From Planctomycetota bacterium (lineage in GTDB: Bacteria; Planctomycetota; GCA-2746535), in NCBI GenBank assembly GCA_002746535.1, contig NVWA01000005.1, positions 22,047 to 86,046 on the forward strand: a stretch of DNA of 64,000 bases, read 5' to 3'. The notes under the pieces were generated by a model. It was not told where the DNA came from. It ran no database searches and saw only the letters and a program-made list of their open reading frames with translations. Positions 20,592 to 30,641 of this stretch are shown here, piece by piece; the stretch's first letter is position 1; the number at the start of each line of letters is the position of its first letter. The position numbers and the translations under genes were made by a program.

Positions 20592-21427
20592 GCTTTTTCT
20601 TTTTGGGAATTTTTGTGCTTTTTAAAAATAGAAATTAGAAGCCAAATCCCAACAGCAATAAATGGCAAACTAAGATAATGGCCCATATTCAAGGCATGTT
20701 CTAATCCAAAATCAGCTTGCTTCTTTTTAGTGAATTCAATAAAAAACCGTGCAGTAAATATAACGATTAAAGAAAGCCCTACATAAAACCCATCAGGCAA
20801 TTTCTTCCAAAACTTTTTATATATAAAAAATATTAATATAAATAAACCTAAATAAGTAAATGCTTCATAAAGCATAGTTGGATGACGCGGTAAAAATTCA
20901 CCCGTGACTTTATTCTGCAATCCATTTCTCATAAAAGCCATTGCCCATGGGACAGTAGTTTCATGGCCCACGATTTCCATATTAAAAAAATTACCCATAC
21001 GAATTAAGAAAGCTGTGAATACAGCTGAAAAAGTTAATCGATCAACAACCCAAAGATAGGGCTGATCGGCATGTTTACGGCTATAGAGATAAATCACAAA
21101 TAAAACACCTAGGATTCCTCCATGACTAGCCAAGCCACCCTTCCAAATTTTAAAAATCTCCGCTGGGTGAGATAAAAAAAACTCTGGCTGATAGAAGAAA
21201 CAATGGCCTAATCTTGCACCAATTATGGTTCCGAGCATCATATAATTCAAAAGAGAATCTAAATGCTCTGTAGATTTACCTTCATTTTTACAAACTGATA
21301 CCATCAATCGGTAACCAAATAAGAAGGCAGTCATGAACATTAGCCCGTAGTACCTCAATTCAAAATTGAACCCTAAGTTCATTCTGAATAAAACCGGATC
21401 TATATTCAATACCAAATATTCATGCAT
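20588..21427 (-). CDS. lgt: Prolipoprotein diacylglyceryl transferase
   Basis: LRYYGLM, IIGARLGH, IWKGGLASHGG, IRMGNFFNMEIVG, RHPTMLYE and ARFFIEF. Confidence 0.96.
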   Translation of the reverse strand: MHEYLVLNIDPVLFRMNLGFNFELRYYGLMFMTAFLFGYRLMVSVCKNEGKSTEHLDSLLNYMMLGTIIGARLGHCFFYQPEFFLSHPAEIFKIWKGGLASHGGILGVLFVIYLYSRKHADQPYLWVVDRLTFSAVFTAFLIRMGNFFNMEIVGHETTVPWAMAFMRNGLQNKVTGEFLPRHPTMLYEAFTYLGLFILIFFIYKKFWKKLPDGFYVGLSLIVIFTARFFIEFTKKKQADFGLEHALNMGHYLSLPFIAVGIWLLISIFKKHKNSQKEKA

Positions 21428-21604
21428 ATGTAAAAGCTCTCATTTTCAAAATTAAGGGCAGAATTATAACAAGTTCCAATGCCCTGAATAGTTGCAATAA
21501 ATAGGCCCAAATCGCCTAATTCACACAGATTATTTACTTAACAGTAGCTTTGATAAAACTATAATCTCTCGATTTCTAAACACTAGTATTATCGAAAGAA
21601 AATC

Positions 21605-22636
21605 ATGAAAGCCCTTGTAAAAAAATACGCTAAAAAAGGCATCTGGATGGATACGGTGGATAAACCGAAGCCTGATATAAATGATGTTCTTATTAAAATA
21701 AAAAAAACGGCTATTTGCGGAACTGATATCCATATTTATCAATGGGATGATTGGGCACAAAAAACGATACCAGTACCAATGGTCATAGGACATGAATTTG
21801 TTGGCGAAATTGTTGAACTTGGTGATAACGTACATGACTTTTCTATAGGAGACTTAGTTAGTGGCGAAGGACATGTCGTTTGTGGACGTTGTCGAAATTG
21901 TTTAGCGGGCAGAAGAAATCTTTGCAATAAAACATCAGGAGTAGGTGTAAACCGAGATGGCGCTTTTGCTGAATATTTATGTATACCCGTCACCAATGTT
22001 TGGTATTGCGATAAAAAAATTGATGAAAATATTTTTGCTATATTTGATCCTTTTGGTAATGCTACTCATACGGCTTTATCGTTTGATTTATTAGGTGAAG
22101 ATATTCTTATTACAGGTGCAGGCCCGATTGGGTTAATGGCCATTGCCATTGCTAGACATGCCGGAGCAAGGCATATTGTGGTTACTGATATTAATCAATA
22201 TCGTCTTGACATGGCACTAAAGATGGGAGCAACAAAAGCCATCAACACCGCAAATACAGACATAAAAGAAATTATGAAAGAACTGGACATGACGGAAGGC
22301 TTTGATGTTGGTTTAGAAATGTCTGGTAATAATTCTGCATTTAACACTATGTTAGAGAATATGTGCCACGGTGGTAAGATTGCCATGCTTGGAATTCAAA
22401 ACAAAGAATCAGCCATCGATTGGGATTATGTTGTCTTTAATGGTTTGACCATCAAGGGTATTTACGGCCGTGAAATGTATGAAACTTGGTATAAAATGCA
22501 AAGTATGATTCAGACAGGTCTGAATATATCACAAGTCATCACTCATAAATTTAACATCAAAGATTTTGAAGAAGCTTTTGAAGTCATGGCTAGCGGAAAA
22601 TCCGGAAAAGTAATTTTAAATTGGCAGGATAATTAA
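21605..22636 (+). CDS. tdh: L-threonine 3-dehydrogenase
   Basis: [43 protein letters not shown] and [14 protein letters not shown]. Confidence 0.97.
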   Translation: MKALVKKYAKKGIWMDTVDKPKPDINDVLIKIKKTAICGTDIHIYQWDDWAQKTIPVPMVIGHEFVGEIVELGDNVHDFSIGDLVSGEGHVVCGRCRNCLAGRRNLCNKTSGVGVNRDGAFAEYLCIPVTNVWYCDKKIDENIFAIFDPFGNATHTALSFDLLGEDILITGAGPIGLMAIAIARHAGARHIVVTDINQYRLDMALKMGATKAINTANTDIKEIMKELDMTEGFDVGLEMSGNNSAFNTMLENMCHGGKIAMLGIQNKESAIDWDYVVFNGLTIKGIYGREMYETWYKMQSMIQTGLNISQVITHKFNIKDFEEAFEVMASGKSGKVILNWQDN

Positions 22637-22637
22637 T

Positions 22638-23822
22638 ATGAATGATGCAACAAAATCCTTATTTAATAATATATTAAATGAAATTAAAGATAACGGACTA
22701 TATAAAAATGAACGAATCATTACATCCCCTCAATCATCTAATATTTCCGTGGATTCAGGACAACAAGTTATAAACATGTGCGCCAATAATTATTTGGGCC
22801 TATCAAACCATCCGGAATTAATCAAAGCGGCTAAAGAATGTTTAGACCAATGGGGTTTTGGCTTATCATCCGTCCGATTTATTTGTGGCACTCAATCAAT
22901 TCATAAAACGCTAGAAGAAAAATTGACTTCATTTTTAGAAACAGAAGATACGATTCTCTATGGCTCCTGTTTCGATGCCAATGGGGGATTATTCGAAACA
23001 CTTCTCACCAAAGAAGATGCCATCATTAGTGATGCCTTAAATCATGCTAGCATTATTGATGGTATCCGGTTATGCAAAGCTCAAAGGTACCGCTATCAAA
23101 ATGGCGATGTAAAAGATCTTGAAGACAAATTAAAAGAAGCTTCAAATGCTAGAATAAAGCTAATTGCAACAGATGGTGTTTTTTCTATGGATGGAACAAT
23201 CGCTCCATTAAAAAAGATTGTCGCATTAGCAGAAAAATACGATGCTTTAGTTATGGTAGATGATAGTCATGCCGTTGGATTTATGGGCAAACAAGGAAAA
23301 GGTTCCCATGAGCATGAGGATGTACTTGGTAAAGTTGATATCATCACAGGAACTTTAGGCAAGGCATTAGGAGGCGCCAGCGGTGGTTATACAAGTGGAA
23401 GAAAAGAGATTGTTGATTTGCTTAGACAGCGTTCACGTCCTTATTTATTTTCTAATTCACTAGCACCTGCTGTAACGGCAGCTTCCATAAGGGCTTTAGA
23501 ATTGATTACCGAATCAACCGAATTGCAAGATCGCTTAAAAGAAAATGCCTCATATTTCAGAAATAAAATGACCAAATTGAATTTTGATATACCAGATGGA
23601 GAACATGCTATCATACCTATTATGCTTTATGATGCTAAATTAGCTCAAAATGTTGCACAAAAACTTTTAGAAAAAGGTATCTATGCCATAGGCTTTTTTT
23701 ACCCTGTCGTACCAGATGGCAAAGCAAGAATCAGGACACAAATATCCGCTTCACATACAAAAGAAGATCTAGATAAAGCCATACAAGCTTTTGTTGAAAC
23801 GAGAGAAGAACTAAACTTTTAA
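22638..23822 (+). CDS. kbl: Glycine C-acetyltransferase (2-amino-3-ketobutyrate CoA ligase)
   Basis: [50 protein letters not shown] and [11 protein letters not shown]. Confidence 0.97.
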   Translation: MNDATKSLFNNILNEIKDNGLYKNERIITSPQSSNISVDSGQQVINMCANNYLGLSNHPELIKAAKECLDQWGFGLSSVRFICGTQSIHKTLEEKLTSFLETEDTILYGSCFDANGGLFETLLTKEDAIISDALNHASIIDGIRLCKAQRYRYQNGDVKDLEDKLKEASNARIKLIATDGVFSMDGTIAPLKKIVALAEKYDALVMVDDSHAVGFMGKQGKGSHEHEDVLGKVDIITGTLGKALGGASGGYTSGRKEIVDLLRQRSRPYLFSNSLAPAVTAASIRALELITESTELQDRLKENASYFRNKMTKLNFDIPDGEHAIIPIMLYDAKLAQNVAQKLLEKGIYAIGFFYPVVPDGKARIRTQISASHTKEDLDKAIQAFVETREELNF

Positions 23823-23832
23823 AGGTAAATAC

Positions 23833-25110
23833 ATGTCAATTGAGCTATATGATGTCGTCGTTGTTGGTGGTGGTTCTGCTGGCATTAATGCTGCTATTCA
23901 AGCTGGACGCATGGGAGTTAAAACTCTTTTAATAGAAAAAAATGGAATATTGGGTGGGACAACAACTGTCGGTGGTGTAAACTTTCCTGGGTTATTTCAC
24001 GCCTGGAAGAAACAAATTATTAAAGGCATTGGTTGGGAACTTGTTGAGAAATGCATCAACACCTGCGGTGATAAAATGCCCGATTTTTCGTTGCAAGAAA
24101 GAGGTCAACATTGGCGTGAACAAGTCTTAATTAACAAAGCGATTTATTCCGCTCTATGTGATGAATTCCTAATCGATGCTGGAACAACCATTTTATTTCA
24201 TACTTTAATAGCCGATATTAAAGATGAGGAGAATCTTAAAAACATTACAATCTGTACGAAAACGGGATTACAAACCATTAAATCTAAAATCATCATTGAT
24301 TGCACTGCCGATGCAAATTGCGCCAGTATTGCAGGGTATGAAATTAATATTCATAAAACACATCAGCCGGCCACATTAGTTTGTCAAGCTTCTGGCTATA
24401 ACGTAAATGATATCAACTTCGATAAACTTAAAGAAGAATATGAAAAAAATGTAAGTGAGAATAAACTTTTATTCAATGATATCAGCTGGAGTAAAGGAAG
24501 TTTTTCTAACAAATGGATTCTTAAATACGGATCCAACGCTAATCACATATTTGATATTAATGCTTTTGACAGTCAAGGAAAAAGTAAACTTGAAATAGAA
24601 GGTCGAAAATCTTTGTTAAGACTGTATCGTTTCTTAAAAACTCAAAAGGGCTTTGAAAACTTAACGATTGACTACGTATCCAATGAATGCGGTGTTAGAG
24701 AAACAGCCAATATAATAGGTAAAAAAACGGTAACACATCAGGACTATACTTCAGGAAAAGTATGGGAAGATGCTATCAGTTATTCTTTTTACCCCATTGA
24801 TCTACATCAAGCTGACGCTACTGGAGTATCGATCGAACCGCTACAAGAAGGCGTTGTGCCAACAATACCTAGAGGTGCTATGCTCCCAAAAAATAGCACA
24901 AATTTTTTAGTGGCTGGTAGATGTATATCTTCAGACCGATTGGCAAATTCAGCATTAAGAATTCAAGCAAGTTGCATGGCCATGGGTCAAGCGGCAGGCG
25001 TTATGGCCTCTCTTAGTGCACGCAACAATATTGAAGTAAGTCAATTAAAGATTTCTGAAATTCATCAACATCTCGTTGAGCACAATGCAATAGTTCCTGA
25101 AATTAAATAA
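23833..25110 (+). CDS. FAD-dependent oxidoreductase (secreted/PVC-abundant type, PF12831-like)
   Basis: VVVVGGGSAG, LIEKNGILGGTTT, IIDCTADA, GVRET, YPIDLH and LVAGRCIS...SALRIQASCMAMGQAAG. Confidence 0.85.
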   Translation: MSIELYDVVVVGGGSAGINAAIQAGRMGVKTLLIEKNGILGGTTTVGGVNFPGLFHAWKKQIIKGIGWELVEKCINTCGDKMPDFSLQERGQHWREQVLINKAIYSALCDEFLIDAGTTILFHTLIADIKDEENLKNITICTKTGLQTIKSKIIIDCTADANCASIAGYEINIHKTHQPATLVCQASGYNVNDINFDKLKEEYEKNVSENKLLFNDISWSKGSFSNKWILKYGSNANHIFDINAFDSQGKSKLEIEGRKSLLRLYRFLKTQKGFENLTIDYVSNECGVRETANIIGKKTVTHQDYTSGKVWEDAISYSFYPIDLHQADATGVSIEPLQEGVVPTIPRGAMLPKNSTNFLVAGRCISSDRLANSALRIQASCMAMGQAAGVMASLSARNNIEVSQLKISEIHQHLVEHNAIVPEIK

Positions 25111-25168
25111 TATTTATTTTGTGATGAAATAAATTGATTGAGAGAATCTCAATCAAGCCTTCAGAGAA

Positions 25169-26308
25169 TCATTTAGTTAAAGGCAAAGAAATTTCAAACA
25201 ATATGCCTTTTCCTGGCATATGAATTATTTCGAGTGAACCTCGATGAGCTTTTAATATATTTTCATATATTTTTATTCCAAACTCTTCTGGAATAATAGA
25301 TGAGTTAGCGGAATTGTTATTTTTAAATAATTCTAGTGTGTGGTCAACTTGTCCTTTCTCTACTGTTTCATTTATTTTTGCAATATTTAATTGAATAGCA
25401 GGCAAAGTCACAAAGTCACTTTCATCATTACCTAATGTAATCGTTGTAGCTTTTAAAACAGCGTAAACATTATTGTTCGACGGATCAAATTTATGAAGAT
25501 TATCAAAAATTCGGATAAAAGATTGTTTTAATCGCTTAACATCAAAGTGAGTAACACTTTGTTCCATTAAATTTAATATTTCAAATTCGAAATGGCCTTC
25601 TCCTTGCACGCCTTTGTATTCAACAAATGCGTTGCTAAGGACATCACAAATATCTTCTCTTTTAATATCAAAGCTAACAATATCTGTTTCCATCTTTGAA
25701 TAATTCAATAAGCCGTCCATCAATTCTAATAGACGATCACCTGACTGGTGAATGTTTCCAAAATAGTCGTGGATTTTTTCCATGCTATCACTATTTAGAC
25801 CAAATTTTGAAAAATTAAGAATTGAGTGAATAGGAGTTCTAAATTCATGTGTGATTTTACTAAGAAAATCTCGTTTTAATTTATTGGATTCTAAAATTGC
25901 TTGTCTAGATATCTTTTCAGATTGAAAAGATTCTTTTAATAATCTGATTTCTATCGCTTGCTTAACTTTTATGGCAAGAATTTCCATCGATATGGGTTTT
26001 TCAATAAAATCAGACCCTCCTAGTTTCATGAACTCAACGCCAAGCGTAACATTGCCAAATGCGGTGGTCATAATTACAGGAATACTTAGGTTAAAGGTTT
26101 GAATTTCTTCGAATGCTTCTAGGCCATTCATTTCTGGCATCATCATATCCATGATAATAACTTCGTATTTATTGGGATTTGCTTTGACGATTTCTACTGC
26201 TAAAAGTCCATTTTCGACATCATCAACCATATGGCCTAAAGAAGTGAAATATTTTTTAATGATCTGCCTTATACGTTTATCATCATCAACAACTAGTAAC
26301 TGATTCAC
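25169..26308 (-). CDS. Hybrid response regulator: receiver, HisKA and degenerate HATPase domains
   Basis: Receiver LLVVDDD...IIMDMMMPEMNG...FIEKP; H-box THEFRTPIHSI. The ATP-binding domain lacks G1 and G2 boxes. Confidence 0.85.
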   Translation of the reverse strand: MNQLLVVDDDKRIRQIIKKYFTSLGHMVDDVENGLLAVEIVKANPNKYEVIIMDMMMPEMNGLEAFEEIQTFNLSIPVIMTTAFGNVTLGVEFMKLGGSDFIEKPISMEILAIKVKQAIEIRLLKESFQSEKISRQAILESNKLKRDFLSKITHEFRTPIHSILNFSKFGLNSDSMEKIHDYFGNIHQSGDRLLELMDGLLNYSKMETDIVSFDIKREDICDVLSNAFVEYKGVQGEGHFEFEILNLMEQSVTHFDVKRLKQSFIRIFDNLHKFDPSNNNVYAVLKATTITLGNDESDFVTLPAIQLNIAKINETVEKGQVDHTLELFKNNNSANSSIIPEEFGIKIYENILKAHRGSLEIIHMPGKGILFEISLPLTK

Positions 26309-26400
26309 TAATTTTCCTTATTAATTAAACAAAAAATCAAAAATATCAGAAAGTGCTGATCTCTGATTGGAGTAAAAAATAATCAGATGATGCAAACTCC

Positions 26401-26423
26401 GTCAACTTATTTTTAAAGTTGAC
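26401..26423. promoter_or_regulatory. Candidate operator: 8-bp inverted repeat overlapping a TTGACA
   Basis: GTCAACTT-N7-AAGTTGAC between divergent genes; TTGACA at 26419-26424. Confidence 0.4.
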
Positions 26424-26497
26424 ACTACACTTATGCATGGGAGTATATATTATAGAACCGATCAAGACAAAATTAATTTTGAAAAATGTAAAAAAAT

Positions 26498-27652
26498 ATG
26501 CAAATACATACTATTGTGGATGAAAATATTCCACTAGCACGTGACATTTTCATACAATTCGGAAAAGTCACATTAATTAATGGTAGAAATATATTACAGA
26601 ATGACCTGAAAAATTCACAAAATCTTATAATTAGAAGTGTAACAAAAGTTGACAAAATGCTTTTAAAGAACACTTCAATAAAATTTGTTGGCACCTGTAC
26701 AATCGGGGAAGACCATGTCAACAAGGAAGAATTAAAAGAATTAGGTATAAAATTCCATAGCGCCCCTGGCTGCAATGCCCAATCTGTAGCAGAATACATC
26801 ATTTCATCACTTTTGAAATATTCTGATAATCGTAACATTTCATTACATGGTAAGTCTATAGGTATTATTGGAGTGGGTAATGTTGGTAAATTAGTTAATA
26901 AATATGCTCAATCTTTAGGAATGATAACAGTATTGAATGATCCTCCTCGACAGCGTCAGGAAAAAGATTCTGTATTTGATTCCTTTGAAAAGGTATTACA
27001 ATGCGACTTCATTACACTACATGTTCCATTAAATGAAAATGGGAGTGATAAAACATTGCATTTGTTTAATAAAAATGTATTTGAAAAAATGAATAGTGAA
27101 GCTGTTTTGATAAATAGTTGCCGAGGAAGTGTAGTAAAAAGTGACGACTTAAAATATGCTTTAGGCAAGAAGTTAATCAAAGATGCAATTATTGATGTTT
27201 GGGAAAATGAACCGACTATAGACAAAGAATTATTTGATTTATGTTTTATAGGTACTCCTCACATAGCAGGATACAGTTATGATGCAAAAATTAGAGGTGC
27301 CACAATGATAGCCAATGAGCTGGCTACGTTTATGAAAGTACCTGCTCAAGATTTCAGCAGCTTGATTAAAAGCGATAACATCAAACTAGAAGTTAAAATG
27401 CATGATGGCGACAACATGCTGGATACTCTCAAAAAGGTCACTGAATTATTATACAATCCTCTTGAGGATCATTTTAACCTAAACAAGGCCTTAAATTCTC
27501 TCGAACCAAAAAAATCCTTTGACGACCTAAGAAAAAACTACAAAAAGAGGAGAGAATTCCATATTTATCCTATTTATGTGAATCAAAATAATAGAATACA
27601 TGAACTACAAAAGTTCATGAGTCTATTTAATATTGTCTTAAAAACAGAATAA
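26498..27652 (+). CDS. pdxB: 4-phosphoerythronate dehydrogenase
   Basis: IVDENIP, IRSVTKVD, FVGTCTIGEDH, APGCNAQSVAEY, LHVPL, DVWENEP and TPHIAGYS. Confidence 0.93.
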   Translation: MQIHTIVDENIPLARDIFIQFGKVTLINGRNILQNDLKNSQNLIIRSVTKVDKMLLKNTSIKFVGTCTIGEDHVNKEELKELGIKFHSAPGCNAQSVAEYIISSLLKYSDNRNISLHGKSIGIIGVGNVGKLVNKYAQSLGMITVLNDPPRQRQEKDSVFDSFEKVLQCDFITLHVPLNENGSDKTLHLFNKNVFEKMNSEAVLINSCRGSVVKSDDLKYALGKKLIKDAIIDVWENEPTIDKELFDLCFIGTPHIAGYSYDAKIRGATMIANELATFMKVPAQDFSSLIKSDNIKLEVKMHDGDNMLDTLKKVTELLYNPLEDHFNLNKALNSLEPKKSFDDLRKNYKKRREFHIYPIYVNQNNRIHELQKFMSLFNIVLKTE

Positions 27653-27679
27653 TAATTCAGCGAGCCAATTAAAATAACA

Positions 27680-28249
27680 ATGAGATTAATAAAAGAATTC
27701 ATAAAGCACCCATCTAAAACGGGAAGTATCTCTCCTAGTTCTTCTTTTTTATCTCTAAAAATGCTTGAGCCATATACGGCAAACGAAAACCGAGGTTTTA
27801 TTGTCGAACTTGGCCCAGGTACAGGTGCCATTACCAAATATATTCTGGAAGAAATAAATGACATCAAGGATTTTCTTACCATAGAAATCAACACCAATAT
27901 GGTAAAACATTTAATTAAAAAATATCCGGAATTAGATATAGCGCCAATTTCCGCTGAATATCTCCACGAATATCTAACCGAAAAAAAATTACCAAAACCA
28001 AGTCACATAATATCGGGATTGCCTTGGGCTGTTTTTAAAGATGAATTACAAGATAAAATTTTAGAAAGTGTTTCGACATCATTAGAAGAAAATGGCTGTT
28101 TTACAACTTTTGCTTATCTTCATGCGTTAAAATTAAAATCAGCTATCAAATTTAGAGAAAAGTTAAATAAAACATTTTCTAAAGTCGAGACGACTTCACC
28201 TATCTGGAGAAATATACCTCCAGCAATAGTATACCATTGTCATTTATAA
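27680..28249 (+). CDS. Phospholipid N-methyltransferase-like SAM methyltransferase (PmtA/COG3963 type)
   Basis: TGSISPSS, VELGPGTGAIT, IISGLPW, FTTFAY and IWRNIPPA. Confidence 0.8.
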   Translation: MRLIKEFIKHPSKTGSISPSSSFLSLKMLEPYTANENRGFIVELGPGTGAITKYILEEINDIKDFLTIEINTNMVKHLIKKYPELDIAPISAEYLHEYLTEKKLPKPSHIISGLPWAVFKDELQDKILESVSTSLEENGCFTTFAYLHALKLKSAIKFREKLNKTFSKVETTSPIWRNIPPAIVYHCHL

Positions 28250-28255
28250 AATTAA

Positions 28256-29077
28256 TTATTGCTTGAAGCCCATGTAGTTTTCATGTCTCTCAGGGAAAGC
28301 ATGTTTGTACTTCTTCAACAAATTAGAAATTTGATAAGGACTTTTTACAACACCAGTAATATTAAATTCCTTGCAAATATTAATTATTTGAGGATCCAAT
28401 ACAGCAGTGTGAATTAGAATTTTCATATCTGGGTTTATATTTTTCAAATACTCTATAATCTCAACTTCTTTAAATTCAGGGTAAATTAATTCCACAATTG
28501 CACCATCTAAAATATGACCAAAACGTTTTGAAACTGCTAAACCTTCCTCATAACTATTTGCATCAATTGTAGAAAATCTATCCTTCAAAAAAGCTAACAA
28601 TAGAGATTCTCGCATCTGATTATCGCTCTCCATTACAAATATATTTCTAGTCATTTTCGACTCATATTTTTCAAGATACTTATCAGCTACACTTTTTAAG
28701 GCATCACTAACATGCAAAAAAGTAGGAATTGATTGAGTACGACTATATTTTTTGACCGATTCTATAGCAAGATTTCCACCTACAATTGAAAAATGAGTTC
28801 TCCATTCCAATGTCATAATAAACAATTCTTTAAAAACATTCAAATCAACACTAGAAAACTCAATGTCACTCGGAAATTGCAGAATAAAGGCAAAGATAGA
28901 ACCGTTCTTTTTGGCACTTTCAAACATTGAAATGAATTTCACTCTATGTTCAGCAAACAATTCTTTTTTAAATGAAATACAGACAACACCAAATAATTGG
29001 GTGGCGACGACATCATCTGTCTCTACATAGGCTAATCGCCCAAGATACAATCCTTTGAATTGAATTTCACTTAACAT
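28256..29077 (-). CDS. Atypical signalling protein: possible STAS-like N-domain plus Asp-less receiver
   Basis: C-terminal IFVMESD...AIVELIYP...ILIHTA...VVKSPY follows receiver topology with Glu at the phosphoacceptor position. RBS AAGGAG. Confidence 0.6.
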   Translation of the reverse strand: MLSEIQFKGLYLGRLAYVETDDVVATQLFGVVCISFKKELFAEHRVKFISMFESAKKNGSIFAFILQFPSDIEFSSVDLNVFKELFIMTLEWRTHFSIVGGNLAIESVKKYSRTQSIPTFLHVSDALKSVADKYLEKYESKMTRNIFVMESDNQMRESLLLAFLKDRFSTIDANSYEEGLAVSKRFGHILDGAIVELIYPEFKEVEIIEYLKNINPDMKILIHTAVLDPQIINICKEFNITGVVKSPYQISNLLKKYKHAFPERHENYMGFKQ

Positions 29078-29298
29078 TAAGAAATCTCCTTAATAAAATC
29101 AAATATAAGGGAGAACTCTTCAAAGGATTCTTAAATTCGGCTATTGCATTATTTAGATATTGGGTGGTAAACGACAAGTTCTTAAACTTTTCAATTATTA
29201 AATTTATATAGTTTGGAGTATCAACAAGCATGATTAGACTCTATAACAATTCACATCTCTATAGTAATATTATAATTTTTATACAACTAGAAATCAAA

Positions 29299-30495
29299 TT
29301 ATTCATCATTTCTTAATAAAAAGAGTGTATTTAAACCACCATTCTTGAATTTTAATGTTTTTGCTGTCTCTCTATCTGATTCAAGATTGAACACTTCTTT
29401 ATACATTTGATACATCTCTTTTTCTATAATCAGACCATATTTAACATTTTCTTGTAATCGCGATAATTCCTTCTTCAATAAATTGAACATATTTACCAAA
29501 GGTATATTGATTCTTTTCCCATAAGGCAAATTTGAAATTAATATGAATTTTTCCGATATCGCCACTTGTTCCAAAAACAAATTAAAATCCATATTTTTCA
29601 ATTCTATAAATTCTTCCAATTGGAGAATTCGTATTTCTTTTTGTAATTCGGTAATCACATTTTTATCGAGATCATTTAAGAATACTTTTAATGGTGTTTT
29701 ATGTATTTTCTCACGAGCTAAATCTTTTAAATCTTGCCATCTTTTCTTTTGAAAATAAGGAAAATCTTCAAAAGAGAATTTTCTAATCAATCCTGGAGCT
29801 TGATTCCATTTAAGAAATATGTATTCAAAAGCAATGGTTCCCGATCCACAAAAGGGATCAACAAGAATATTTGGTAATTCCCCTGCCGTTTTCAATAATC
29901 CACGAACAATATTCTCTCGAATAGGCGCATTACCTACAAACTTTCGGTATCCCCGTTTATATAAATGGTCACCTGTCGTATCAAGACTTATTTGACATCG
30001 ATCTTGAAATATTCTTATGTAGAATTTAATCGAAGCATCTTTAGAATTCTTAATATTAAGCTCAAAAGAATTCATTGTATTTTCAATACATTCTTCACAG
30101 GTGCGTCCAATATTACCTGTATGATGCAGCCTAGATTTTTTTGCAGATATTTTCAGAGAATAGGCAGAATGATTTCCAATAAAAACCTCCCAATGAATTC
30201 TTTTTAGCTTCTGAAATAATTCCGGATAGCTACCAACATAAAATTCAGCAATTCTAACTAAGACTCTATTACCTACCCCAGAATGCAAATTCAAAGCATA
30301 AACTGTTTTCCAATCACCAGTTAATTGTAGGCCTTCGTTTTTAACACAATTTATGTTTAGGTTTAATAAAGATAAATCCTGTTTAGCAACTTCTACTAAA
30401 CCCGTTGGACAAGGAATAAAAATCTCTAATTTCTCTTTAGGAAAGTATTTTTTAATGCGACGTTTCAATGCATTATTGGTTAATGAAGTTGTCAT
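29299..30495 (-). CDS. THUMP-domain RNA methyltransferase (RlmL/RlmK-like N-terminal module)
   Basis: CPTGLVEV, NRVLVRI, SLDTTGDHLYKRGYR, APIREN, DPFCGSGT and SNLPYGKR. Confidence 0.85.
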   Translation of the reverse strand: MTTSLTNNALKRRIKKYFPKEKLEIFIPCPTGLVEVAKQDLSLLNLNINCVKNEGLQLTGDWKTVYALNLHSGVGNRVLVRIAEFYVGSYPELFQKLKRIHWEVFIGNHSAYSLKISAKKSRLHHTGNIGRTCEECIENTMNSFELNIKNSKDASIKFYIRIFQDRCQISLDTTGDHLYKRGYRKFVGNAPIRENIVRGLLKTAGELPNILVDPFCGSGTIAFEYIFLKWNQAPGLIRKFSFEDFPYFQKKRWQDLKDLAREKIHKTPLKVFLNDLDKNVITELQKEIRILQLEEFIELKNMDFNLFLEQVAISEKFILISNLPYGKRINIPLVNMFNLLKKELSRLQENVKYGLIIEKEMYQMYKEVFNLESDRETAKTLKFKNGGLNTLFLLRNDE

Positions 30496-30641
30496 TTGAT
30501 TTTTAGGTTTTTCATTTAAATTATTAAACGATGGTCATATCGTCTTTTAATTGATTTTCTACTAAAAAACCGATAATTCCACCCTCTTAAATCAACACAT
30601 GATTTTATACAATTTAGAAATTAATTATTTAAGGAAGGAAA

